Shown: positions 38,768 to 46,273 of the stretch, piece by piece
How positions within the stretch are numbered: position 1 is the stretch's first letter
How the letters are laid out: each line of letters opens with the position of its first letter
Source: an uncultured Candidatus Saccharibacteria bacterium
GTDB lineage: Bacteria; Patescibacteriota; Minisyncoccia; Phycocordibacterales; UBA918
Length of the DNA stretch: 64,000 nucleotides
Direction of reading: 5' to 3'
NCBI GenBank assembly: GCA_964611205.1
Contig: CAZSZB010000001.1
Coordinates: 123,144 to 187,143, forward strand
Notes under the pieces: model-generated
What the model saw: the letters and a program-made list of their open reading frames with translations, nothing else
The model's database searches: none
Told to the model about the DNA's origin: nothing
Translations under genes and position numbers: made by a program

Positions 38768-39703
38768 ATGTCTGATTATCTAAAACAACTTCAAACTTTT
38801 GATATAAACTCTTTGCCCGACTTAGATGAGGTTGTTTTAGGTGCTTTAGATTTATTTAGTAGTATCAATGTACCGCAAATAAATTTTCAACATTGGCAAA
38901 AGTCTTTAGTTCTAGGAAGTGTAAATGCTTATCAAGCAGCTCGAATTATTTTCAGTAATAAGCCAGCTTATTTTGGTAATGAATCTAATTATCAATCACT
39001 TTTAGAACATCCAGGAAATTATAATTCCGTGGTTATTTTAAGCGCTTCTGGGGGTAAACACGCAGTTGAGATGTCAGAATTAGCTCAGAAAAGTAATCTG
39101 GATACTTATTTGATAACTAGTAAACAGGATTCTTTAGCTGGAGAATATATACCTTTAGAAAAACAAATTATTTTTCCGACTAATCGAGAACCATACACTT
39201 ATAATGTTTCTACTTATTTGGGACCAATTTTAGCGTCTACAGGGGAGTTTCCAGCTGCACTAAAGGATTTTTTAGAGACTGATCTTAACGATAATCTAAA
39301 TGTTGATTTCAGCAATTACACAGCCTTTACTCTAATAGTCCCAGCTCGCTTTGCATATGTGGTGGCGATGTTAAGAACCAAATTTGAAGAATTATTTGGA
39401 CCAATGGTAGTGGGCAGAGTTTTTTCAGAAGAGGAAATAAAGCACGCCAAAACAGTTGTAAAATCGAAAAAAGAATTATTTATTCATCTCGGGACAAGTA
39501 AACAGGATTACGGCTACTCTGAAAATAATTTATATTTACCATTACCAGAAACAATTGAGTACGCAGGCATGATTGCCGTTGGTTATTATGTTATTGGTAA
39601 AATACAAAAAGCTTTACCAGCTTACTTCAAGGATTCAATAGTTGCTTACACTAAAGAAGTTTCAGACATTTTTAAACAAGAAATAAAACCAATCGTTGAA
39701 TAA
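38768..39703 (+). CDS. SIS-domain (phosphosugar-binding/isomerase-like) protein
   Basis: LVLGSVNA and ILSASGGKHA resemble SIS loops; coupled to a ROK kinase. Confidence 0.55.
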   Translation: MSDYLKQLQTFDINSLPDLDEVVLGALDLFSSINVPQINFQHWQKSLVLGSVNAYQAARIIFSNKPAYFGNESNYQSLLEHPGNYNSVVILSASGGKHAVEMSELAQKSNLDTYLITSKQDSLAGEYIPLEKQIIFPTNREPYTYNVSTYLGPILASTGEFPAALKDFLETDLNDNLNVDFSNYTAFTLIVPARFAYVVAMLRTKFEELFGPMVVGRVFSEEEIKHAKTVVKSKKELFIHLGTSKQDYGYSENNLYLPLPETIEYAGMIAVGYYVIGKIQKALPAYFKDSIVAYTKEVSDIFKQEIKPIVE

Positions 39704-39707
39704 GAAC

Positions 39708-40547
39708 ATGAGTTACATACTTTTTGATATCGGAGGGACTAATACCAGAGTGGCTGTAAGTGAAGACTTGCGTAGCTTTGGTGAAGTAATAAAGTTTAAA
39801 ACTCCAGAGACCTTTGTTGAAGGTATAGAAAAAATTGTCCAAGCCGTGAATGATATTACTGACAATGAGATACGAGGTATGGCAGGAGGTATAAGGGGTG
39901 TCTTAAATGAAGACAGGACAATGATGATTAAGGACGAAAAATTATCAGATTGGCAAGAAAAACCCTTAGTAGAGACTCTTAAGAAAAAATTCAAGTCAAA
40001 TGTTTACTTAGAAAATGATTCGGCCGTAGTTGGATTAGGGGAGTCACATTATGGAGCTGGTAAAGGGCATGAGATTGTTGTTTATCATACTGTTAGTACC
40101 GGCGTTGGTGGAGTGAAAATAGAGAATGGCCAGATTGATAGTTATGCTGAAGGATTTGAACCAGGACATCAGATTTTGGATATTGACCATACTATTTTAG
40201 GGGATGATATAGAGCCGACCTTAGAAAATTTAGTTTCCGGAACTGCGGTAGAAGAGAGGATGGGTAGTAAGCCGTACGAAATAGATCAAAAAGATGCTAT
40301 CTGGGATCAGTTGGCCTACTACTTGGCTCATGGGCTTAGAAATACAATTTTGTATTGGTCCCCAGATATTATTGTTTTAGGTGGTTCGATGATCATAGGA
40401 GATCCGCGGATTATGCTTGATGATATTATTAAACATACGAACGAAGTGTTGGAAGATGTGATGACTTGTCCGCTTATTGTTGATGCCAAACTAGGAGACG
40501 AAGGAGGTTTGTATGGTGCAATGGCGCTTTTGCAGCAAAGAATCTAA
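39708..40547 (+). CDS. ROK family sugar kinase
   Basis: FDIGGTN, LENDS, STGVGG, EPGH, IVLGG. Confidence 0.9.
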   Translation: MSYILFDIGGTNTRVAVSEDLRSFGEVIKFKTPETFVEGIEKIVQAVNDITDNEIRGMAGGIRGVLNEDRTMMIKDEKLSDWQEKPLVETLKKKFKSNVYLENDSAVVGLGESHYGAGKGHEIVVYHTVSTGVGGVKIENGQIDSYAEGFEPGHQILDIDHTILGDDIEPTLENLVSGTAVEERMGSKPYEIDQKDAIWDQLAYYLAHGLRNTILYWSPDIIVLGGSMIIGDPRIMLDDIIKHTNEVLEDVMTCPLIVDAKLGDEGGLYGAMALLQQRI

Positions 40548-40567
40548 TCGCTTTGAGTAGCTCTCTA

Positions 40568-40598
40568 ATAAAACAGCTCTTAACCAGGGCTGTTTTAT
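40568..40598 (+). terminator. Terminator after the ROK kinase
   Basis: ATAAAACAGCTC...GGGCTGTTTTAT. Confidence 0.7.
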
Positions 40599-40639
40599 AT
40601 TGTACAATTACTTAAGTTATAAATTCTAATATAAATATT

Positions 40640-41410
40640 ATGTGGTGGATTATTCCAATTGTGATAGTGGTAGTGCTTTCATTCCTGCGTGAAGTGAAGC
40701 ATTATGAAAGAGGAGTGGTGTTGACGATGGGAAAATTTACTGGAGTACGTTCTCCAGGCTGGAGCATCATTGTTCCAGTTTTTCAGCGTATGACCAAGGT
40801 AGATTTAAGAGTTAAAGCAGTAGATGTGCCGGACCAAAAAGTAATCACCAAAGACAATGTGTCGGCAAGTATAAATGCGGTCATTTACTACAAGGTTTCT
40901 GATGCAGCTAAAGCAATTCTTGAGGTAGAGGATTTCTATCATGCTGTCTCACAGTTAGCCCAGACTACAATGAGGAATATAGTAGGAGGGGCTGAGCTCG
41001 ATGAGGTTTTATCGCAAAGAGATGAATTGTCTGCCCGGATTCAATCTATAGTCGACAAAGAAACCGATGAATGGGGAATTACTGTGGAAAATGTTGAATT
41101 AAAGGATTTCTTTTTACCTGAAGATATGGAACGCACTATCGGTAAACAAGCAGAGGCAGAGCGTGAACGACGTTCAGTGATCATTAAAGCGGAAGGGGAA
41201 GTGGCGGCAGCTGAAAACATGGCTAAGGCAGCAAAAATGCTATCAGAATCTAATGGAGCCTTGCATCTGCGTACCTTACAAAGTCTGAACGATTTATCTT
41301 CAGACCAATCAAACACCGTGGTTTTTGCTGTTCCTATTGAGGTTTTAAGAGCTGTAGAGGGGGCTAATGACTGGATTCGGTCTGTAACTAGCCCAACCGA
41401 TCAAAAATAG
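40640..41410 (+). CDS. Slipin/stomatin (SPFH) family protein
   Basis: VDLRV, ITKDNV, AQTTMR, WGITVENVEL, QAEAERERR. Confidence 0.93.
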   Translation: MWWIIPIVIVVVLSFLREVKHYERGVVLTMGKFTGVRSPGWSIIVPVFQRMTKVDLRVKAVDVPDQKVITKDNVSASINAVIYYKVSDAAKAILEVEDFYHAVSQLAQTTMRNIVGGAELDEVLSQRDELSARIQSIVDKETDEWGITVENVELKDFFLPEDMERTIGKQAEAERERRSVIIKAEGEVAAAENMAKAAKMLSESNGALHLRTLQSLNDLSSDQSNTVVFAVPIEVLRAVEGANDWIRSVTSPTDQK

Positions 41411-41458
41411 CTTTAAACTCGAAAAACAGTAGTTTTATCTTAAAAATTACCCTATGTA

Positions 41459-41487
41459 TTGACATAGTTACTAAACTGTGTTATTAT
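41459..41487 (+). promoter_or_regulatory. Strong sigma70 promoter for the lysozyme-like gene
   Basis: TTGACA-17 nt-TATTAT with extended TG. Confidence 0.75.
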
Positions 41488-41592
41488 AATAGAAATCCGA
41501 TAATCATGTTATGATTTTCCGGTTGTCTGGTTCGCCAGACATTTGTTAGATAAGACCTTTGGCTTATTATATCCACTGTAATAGCAGCTGCC

Positions 41593-41994
41593 ATGGCCCT
41601 TTCAGGACTTAACTCAGTAGAAGTTACTGACACATCCTATGGGCAAATTGTAACAGTAGCGACTAATCTGAGTGAAGAAAATGCTTCTACTGAAGAAATT
41701 GTTCGACAGTATTTCTCAGATATTCCGGTGATGATTCAAGTTGCTCGTTGTGAGTCTCACTTTAGACACACACTAGCAGACGGAACCGTTCTACGGGGAG
41801 TAGTTGATAATCGAGATCTTGGGGTAATGCAAATCAACACCTATTATCATGGTGAGCAAGCGAAAAACCTCGAACTTAATCTTGAAAATATTTACGATAA
41901 CATGGCCTATGCTCGTGACTTATATGAGCGACAGGGTACTCAGCCATGGAGTGCATCGGCCCCATGTTGGAGTCGTACACTTGCATCGCTATAA
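41593..41994 (+). CDS. Lysozyme-like / lytic transglycosylase domain protein
   Basis: ARCES catalytic Glu motif, GVMQIN, QGTQPW; true start may lie upstream. Confidence 0.75.
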   Translation: MALSGLNSVEVTDTSYGQIVTVATNLSEENASTEEIVRQYFSDIPVMIQVARCESHFRHTLADGTVLRGVVDNRDLGVMQINTYYHGEQAKNLELNLENIYDNMAYARDLYERQGTQPWSASAPCWSRTLASL

Positions 41995-42044
41995 CATTCT
42001 CCTGTTGAATGCCTAATATTGCAAAATATTGAGTTGAGACAAAT

Positions 42045-42083
42045 AACAAAAAACACTGCTTCCAAGAAGCGGTGTTTTTTGTT
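42045..42083. terminator. Bidirectional terminator
   Basis: AACAAAAAACACTGCTTC...GAAGCGGTGTTTTTTGTT. Confidence 0.8.
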
Positions 42084-42089
42084 ATCTAG

Positions 42090-42497
42090 TTATCTAAGAA
42101 AGGGAAGCATAAAGAGCAGTCCGCCAGTAATAGCGAGGTTCTTAAGAAGCATTATTTGCGCAGTTGGATCGGTAGCCCACTGGTTTGGATTGTTAAATAT
42201 AAGAGTGGTCAGAATCATATAAATTATTAAGACGATCACCGCAATTTTAGTGTGGTAACCAGAGATTAAAGCTGCTCCTGCTAAAGTTATTAATAATCCA
42301 GAGATTAAAGCTGCAGCAGCAGGGTAGGGTATATCTAATAAAATCATATAGTCTGTCATTTCACCCAGATTCATTAACTTGATAGTTCCAAGGATAAGAA
42401 AAAGTACACCCATCAATATTCTTCCACTGGCTATAAAATAAAATTTATACTTTTCAATTATTTTAGAAATTATATGGTGACGACTTAAAGAGCTCAT
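42090..42497 (-). CDS. DoxX family membrane protein
   Basis: GRILMGVLFL...G..K and KNLAITGGLL. Confidence 0.85.
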   Translation of the reverse strand: MSSLSRHHIISKIIEKYKFYFIASGRILMGVLFLILGTIKLMNLGEMTDYMILLDIPYPAAAALISGLLITLAGAALISGYHTKIAVIVLIIYMILTTLIFNNPNQWATDPTAQIMLLKNLAITGGLLFMLPFLR

Positions 42498-42546
42498 AAA
42501 TAGCAGTTATTTAAATATATAATATAATCTATATTATACTGTATCT

Positions 42547-43032
42547 ATGAAAGCTGTTTTAGGATTAAAGTCATTTTGGTTGATGAAAAGTGAACCGAGT
42601 TGTTATTCTATCGATGACCTCAAAAATGACAAAAAAGAAATGTGGGATGGGGTGCGGAATTATCAGGTACGAAATATGATGAGGGATGATATGAAAAAAG
42701 GGGATAGAGCATTCTTTTATCACTCTAACGCTGGCAACGAAACTGGTATAGTTGGAGAGATGGAAGTAGTTAGTAAAGCTTATCCAGATCCAACTCAATT
42801 CGATAAAAAGAATGAACATTTCGATCCCAAGAGTGAAAAAGATAATCCTCGCTGGTCATGTGTTGATGTTAAATTTATTAAGAAGTTTCCAGCGGTTATT
42901 AGATTGTCGGAATTAAAACTAGATCCAAAGCTGAGCGGTATGCCAGTCTTGAAAAAGGGCAACCGTTTATCAGTGATGCCGATTTCAAAAAAACATTACG
43001 AATACATAATAGAATTGTCTAAAGAAAAATAG
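42547..43032 (+). CDS. EVE domain protein
   Basis: WLMKSEP, WDGVRNYQ, FFYHS, RLSVMP. Confidence 0.93.
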   Translation: MKAVLGLKSFWLMKSEPSCYSIDDLKNDKKEMWDGVRNYQVRNMMRDDMKKGDRAFFYHSNAGNETGIVGEMEVVSKAYPDPTQFDKKNEHFDPKSEKDNPRWSCVDVKFIKKFPAVIRLSELKLDPKLSGMPVLKKGNRLSVMPISKKHYEYIIELSKEK

Positions 43033-43035
43033 AAT

Positions 43036-44250
43036 ATGGAATCTCTTACTTCAGTACTGAAAAGATTGTCAGTTAAAAATATTACGTACAAGGAAGGTTT
43101 TGTACAGTTATTCATTTCAAAAAGGCTTATCCAAGGGCTTGCTGCTGCAATGTTCGCTTTGTTTGTACCGATCTTTATTTACGAGACAAGTGGTCATGAA
43201 TTCTGGGTAGTGGGTTTATTCTATGCTTTTCTAAGTTTTTTATACGCAGGGCTGTTAGTGCCTGGCATGGAATTGACTAACAGAATAGGTTTCAGTAAAG
43301 CGTTAGCTTTGAGCGCTGTTTTTGCAGTTGGGCAGTATTTTACACTGTATTTTATGAATGCTGAGAATATCTGGATGCTGCTCTTAATCTTAGCAGTATT
43401 CACTACTGGTTTTCGTATTTTTCACTGGGTGCCTTACCAGGTTGATTTTACTTCATTTACCGATACCCATACACGAGGGCGTGATGTCTCGTTGATGTTT
43501 GCCACGATAGCATTTATGGGTGTGATTGGTCCGCTTTTAGCTGCTTTTATAATTACTAAAGCTGGTTATCAGATGCTGTTTATAGTCGGGATGATTTTGT
43601 TATGTATGGCTGCTTTCTCATATTTATTTGTGCCAGCCGTAGAACAAGAGTTTACTTGGACTTACAAAGAAACTATAACTCACTTATTCTCTAAGAAATA
43701 TCGAAATGTGATGGTGGGGGAGATGGCCAATGGGGCTGAGTTAGTTGTGACCTTGATAGCCTGGCCTATTTTCTTGTACGAAATAGTAAACGGTAATTTA
43801 TTGGAGATTGGTTTATTATCGACAGTGATTGTGGGGGTAACAATAGTTATACAGTTGTTGGTTGGTAAACATCTAGACAAAGAGGGCGCTAACAAAATTA
43901 GTACGCTAAGAAAGGGAAGTGTACTTTATGCAGCCGGTTGGATTTTTAAAATGTTTGTTCTCTCTGCCACTCAAATATTTTTTGTTGGTCTATATCACAA
44001 CATCACAAAGATTTTCATCAAGACCCCGTACAGTGCGATTTTGTATGACATGAGTGCAGAGCAAGGACAGTATATAGATGAATTTACAGTGTTACGAGAA
44101 ATATCCGGTCATGTAGCCAGAGCATTCGCTTTGCTGCTGATGGTACTACTGACTCTTTATTTGTCGATTGAGTGGACGTTTATCATTGGAATTATAGCTT
44201 CTTTAACTATAAATTTAGTTTATTACACTAATGTGAAAACTGAAGGGTAA
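43036..44250 (+). CDS. MFS transporter
   Basis: About 12 hydrophobic segments over 404 aa. Confidence 0.75.
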   Translation: MESLTSVLKRLSVKNITYKEGFVQLFISKRLIQGLAAAMFALFVPIFIYETSGHEFWVVGLFYAFLSFLYAGLLVPGMELTNRIGFSKALALSAVFAVGQYFTLYFMNAENIWMLLLILAVFTTGFRIFHWVPYQVDFTSFTDTHTRGRDVSLMFATIAFMGVIGPLLAAFIITKAGYQMLFIVGMILLCMAAFSYLFVPAVEQEFTWTYKETITHLFSKKYRNVMVGEMANGAELVVTLIAWPIFLYEIVNGNLLEIGLLSTVIVGVTIVIQLLVGKHLDKEGANKISTLRKGSVLYAAGWIFKMFVLSATQIFFVGLYHNITKIFIKTPYSAILYDMSAEQGQYIDEFTVLREISGHVARAFALLLMVLLTLYLSIEWTFIIGIIASLTINLVYYTNVKTEG

Positions 44251-44254
44251 GTGA

Positions 44255-45247
44255 TCATTCATCCGTTTTTTCTTTATTGTTACTGTCCTTACTTCCACTG
44301 TGGAATTTTTGATGAATGTCTCGTAAACGTTTGTTTGTAACGTGAGTATAGATTTGGGTAGTAGCAACGTTTTGGTGCCCTAACAGCTCTTGTACGCTAC
44401 GTAAGTCAGCTCCATGATCTAGAAGATCTGTTGCATAGGTGTGACGCAATGTGTGGGGAGTAACCTTCTTTGATAGACCAGCCATGATGGCCGAACGAGA
44501 AATCATTTTCTGAATCGAACGAGGTGTCAAACGATTATCTTCCGCGTCTCGTGATCGATAATTTATAAACAAAGGTTTATCAACATCACGACGTGATTCT
44601 AAGTATTTTCTAAGCCATTTAGCAGCTCGGGGAGAAATAAAAATAGTCCTAATGTGCTTACCTTTACCAACTATTGAAAGCTCGTAAGTTCGTTTAAGGT
44701 CTTTGTCCTTGAGCATTGTAAACTGATCGGCATCTAATGCTGTTAATTCTGAAATACGCATGCCTGAAGAGAAAAATAGTTCCATAATGGCCCGGTCACG
44801 TATCCCAGACGGTTTTTTGATGTCAGGAATTTTCAACATAGCTTCTATGTCGTGTACATCTAGAAAAGAAATCGTCTCTTCACTTTTTTGTTTAGCTAAT
44901 TTTATTTTGGAGGAGGGGAGAGACTCAATATCTCGTTCTGCTAGATAGTTTAATAAAGCTCGTAATGCTATTAGATAGTAATTTTGTGATTTTTTGGAAA
45001 GATACTCTCCGCGGGGGGTTTTGTATTTACGTGCTATAAAAAGACGATAGTCCCAAACATGTTCGGCTGTAAGTTCGTGTGGCTTTAGGTTTGGTTTCTT
45101 GATTTCATTTAACCACTTCACAAACAGATTAAGATACTGCTGATAGTTTCTTTGGGTGTTACTAGAAAGTCCCTTTTCGATTTCACAGTAATCTAGAAAA
45201 GGTAAAATGTGATCGACAATTGATTCGTTGCTTTTGCGGAGGGCCAT
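44255..45247 (-). CDS. xerC: Xer-type tyrosine recombinase
   Basis: SAM-like N-domain; catalytic R (SGMRISEL), K (GKG), HxxR (HTLRH), H/Y (LLGH...TQIYTH); XerC versus XerD/XerA not distinguishable by eye. Confidence 0.85.
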   Translation of the reverse strand: MALRKSNESIVDHILPFLDYCEIEKGLSSNTQRNYQQYLNLFVKWLNEIKKPNLKPHELTAEHVWDYRLFIARKYKTPRGEYLSKKSQNYYLIALRALLNYLAERDIESLPSSKIKLAKQKSEETISFLDVHDIEAMLKIPDIKKPSGIRDRAIMELFFSSGMRISELTALDADQFTMLKDKDLKRTYELSIVGKGKHIRTIFISPRAAKWLRKYLESRRDVDKPLFINYRSRDAEDNRLTPRSIQKMISRSAIMAGLSKKVTPHTLRHTYATDLLDHGADLRSVQELLGHQNVATTQIYTHVTNKRLRDIHQKFHSGSKDSNNKEKTDE

Positions 45248-45302
45248 AGTATATTGATTTTAGTGTTCTTTAATTTTAACCCATAGGAAGGGAGGGGAGT
45301 AG

Positions 45303-45506
45303 ATGTCTAAAACGACTCACAAAGGAAGATGTCCAAACAATCCGGTTGGTCTGCCAGACCCCAAGTGGTCTAAGCGGGTCATCAGCAAAGACCAGGGTCT
45401 GGACGCCCTGACGCTGCAAAACGAAGCAGACCAAGCAGGGTATGAACTGTGGCGACGGTTCATCTGGTACCTGGCAAGCATAGCTCGCGGTAGCGGCTTG
45501 CAGTGA
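45303..45506 (+). CDS. Small orphan protein (67 aa)
   Basis: GGAGGGGAG SD before ATG, GC-rich, terminator directly downstream; divergent from xer. Confidence 0.6.
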   Translation: MSKTTHKGRCPNNPVGLPDPKWSKRVISKDQGLDALTLQNEADQAGYELWRRFIWYLASIARGSGLQ

Positions 45507-45514
45507 GACCGTAG

Positions 45515-45542
45515 AGTAGGGGCTTTTCCAGCCCCTACTTTC
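45515..45542 (+). terminator. Terminator after the 67-aa orphan
   Basis: AGTAGGGGCT-TTTCC-AGCCCCTACT-TTC. Confidence 0.75.
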
Positions 45543-45552
45543 AATAGTATAT

Positions 45553-46138
45553 AGGTTCGCACAATATATGTAAAACGAACTATCCACATAATGTTATTTA
45601 TATTTCTAACCTGGGTCAATTCCTTCATTTTCTTCATTATTATAAGTGAATCGTTCACTTATTTATAATCTATCCTTAAGCTGTCTAGATCCTAATAATC
45701 GCCATCTGTTTTTCTTGTTTTTTCCCTCGGTTATTCATTTTTACGTCCATATCTGATCTAATCATGATACCTACTATAGCCTTTAATAAAGCCCTATTTT
45801 GACGTCCAAAATTCGATTCTAAGGGCCTTCAAGTACACTAGAGGTATATTCTATCCTCTGAATTTATATTAGAGCTTGTGTTCAGCTCTTAGTTTGGTTT
45901 TTTTTTGTAATTTTAAAAATTAATTCTCAAATATTTATTTTAATTTATTTTAAATTGATTACTTAATATCAATTAAATAATTTATTAGATTTTATTTTTA
46001 TTTTTACTTAACTAGTTGTAAAAATTTATTTTTTTAAGTTTTATATTGTCTAGTATGAAAGTAAGATATCGATATTTTTGGAAATCCAATACCCTACTCC
46101 CCTATTTGCTTCTTGTTAGTCGAATATTGTGCGAACCT
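45553..46138. repeat. 15-bp perfect inverted repeat flanking a 556-bp AT-rich non-coding segment
   Basis: AGGTTCGCACAATAT (45553-45567) and ATATTGTGCGAACCT (46124-46138). Confidence 0.9.
45554..45581. other. dif-like Xer recombination site
   Basis: GGTTCGCACAA-TATATG-TAAAACGAACT, 11-6-11 layout; left arm 9/11 identical to the E. coli XerC arm GGTGCGCATAA; about 300 bp from xer at the gene-orientation switch. Confidence 0.7.
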
Positions 46139-46166
46139 TCATTACCAAAGATAATTATCACAAATA

Positions 46167-46196
46167 ATTAATCACCGCATTAATGCGGTGATTAAT
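46167..46196. repeat. Perfect 30-bp palindrome (possible terminator for the M23 gene or operator)
   Basis: ATTAATCACCGCATTAATGCGGTGATTAAT. Confidence 0.8.
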
Positions 46197-46273
46197 CCAG
46201 TACAGCTCTTAATCGTGTCTTAGGTTAAAACTCTTATTCACTTATGCCTGCCCTGCCCTCCTTAAGGGTGAGT

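Noticed and set aside
44255-45542. Integron (integrase with a divergent cassette)
   Set aside because: No evident IntI-specific insertion in the recombinase, and no attC-type RYYYAAC...GTTRRRY sites around the orphan genes
45276-45658. Minus-strand ORFs of 103 and 113 aa over the orphan and dif site
   Set aside because: They overlap a better-supported + strand gene with SD and terminator and run through the recombination site; no motifs
45580-46080. AT-rich region plus CTATCCACA as a possible oriC
   Set aside because: Only one imperfect DnaA box, no dnaA/dnaN nearby, and flanking genes converge rather than diverge; a terminus fits better (GC skew not computed)
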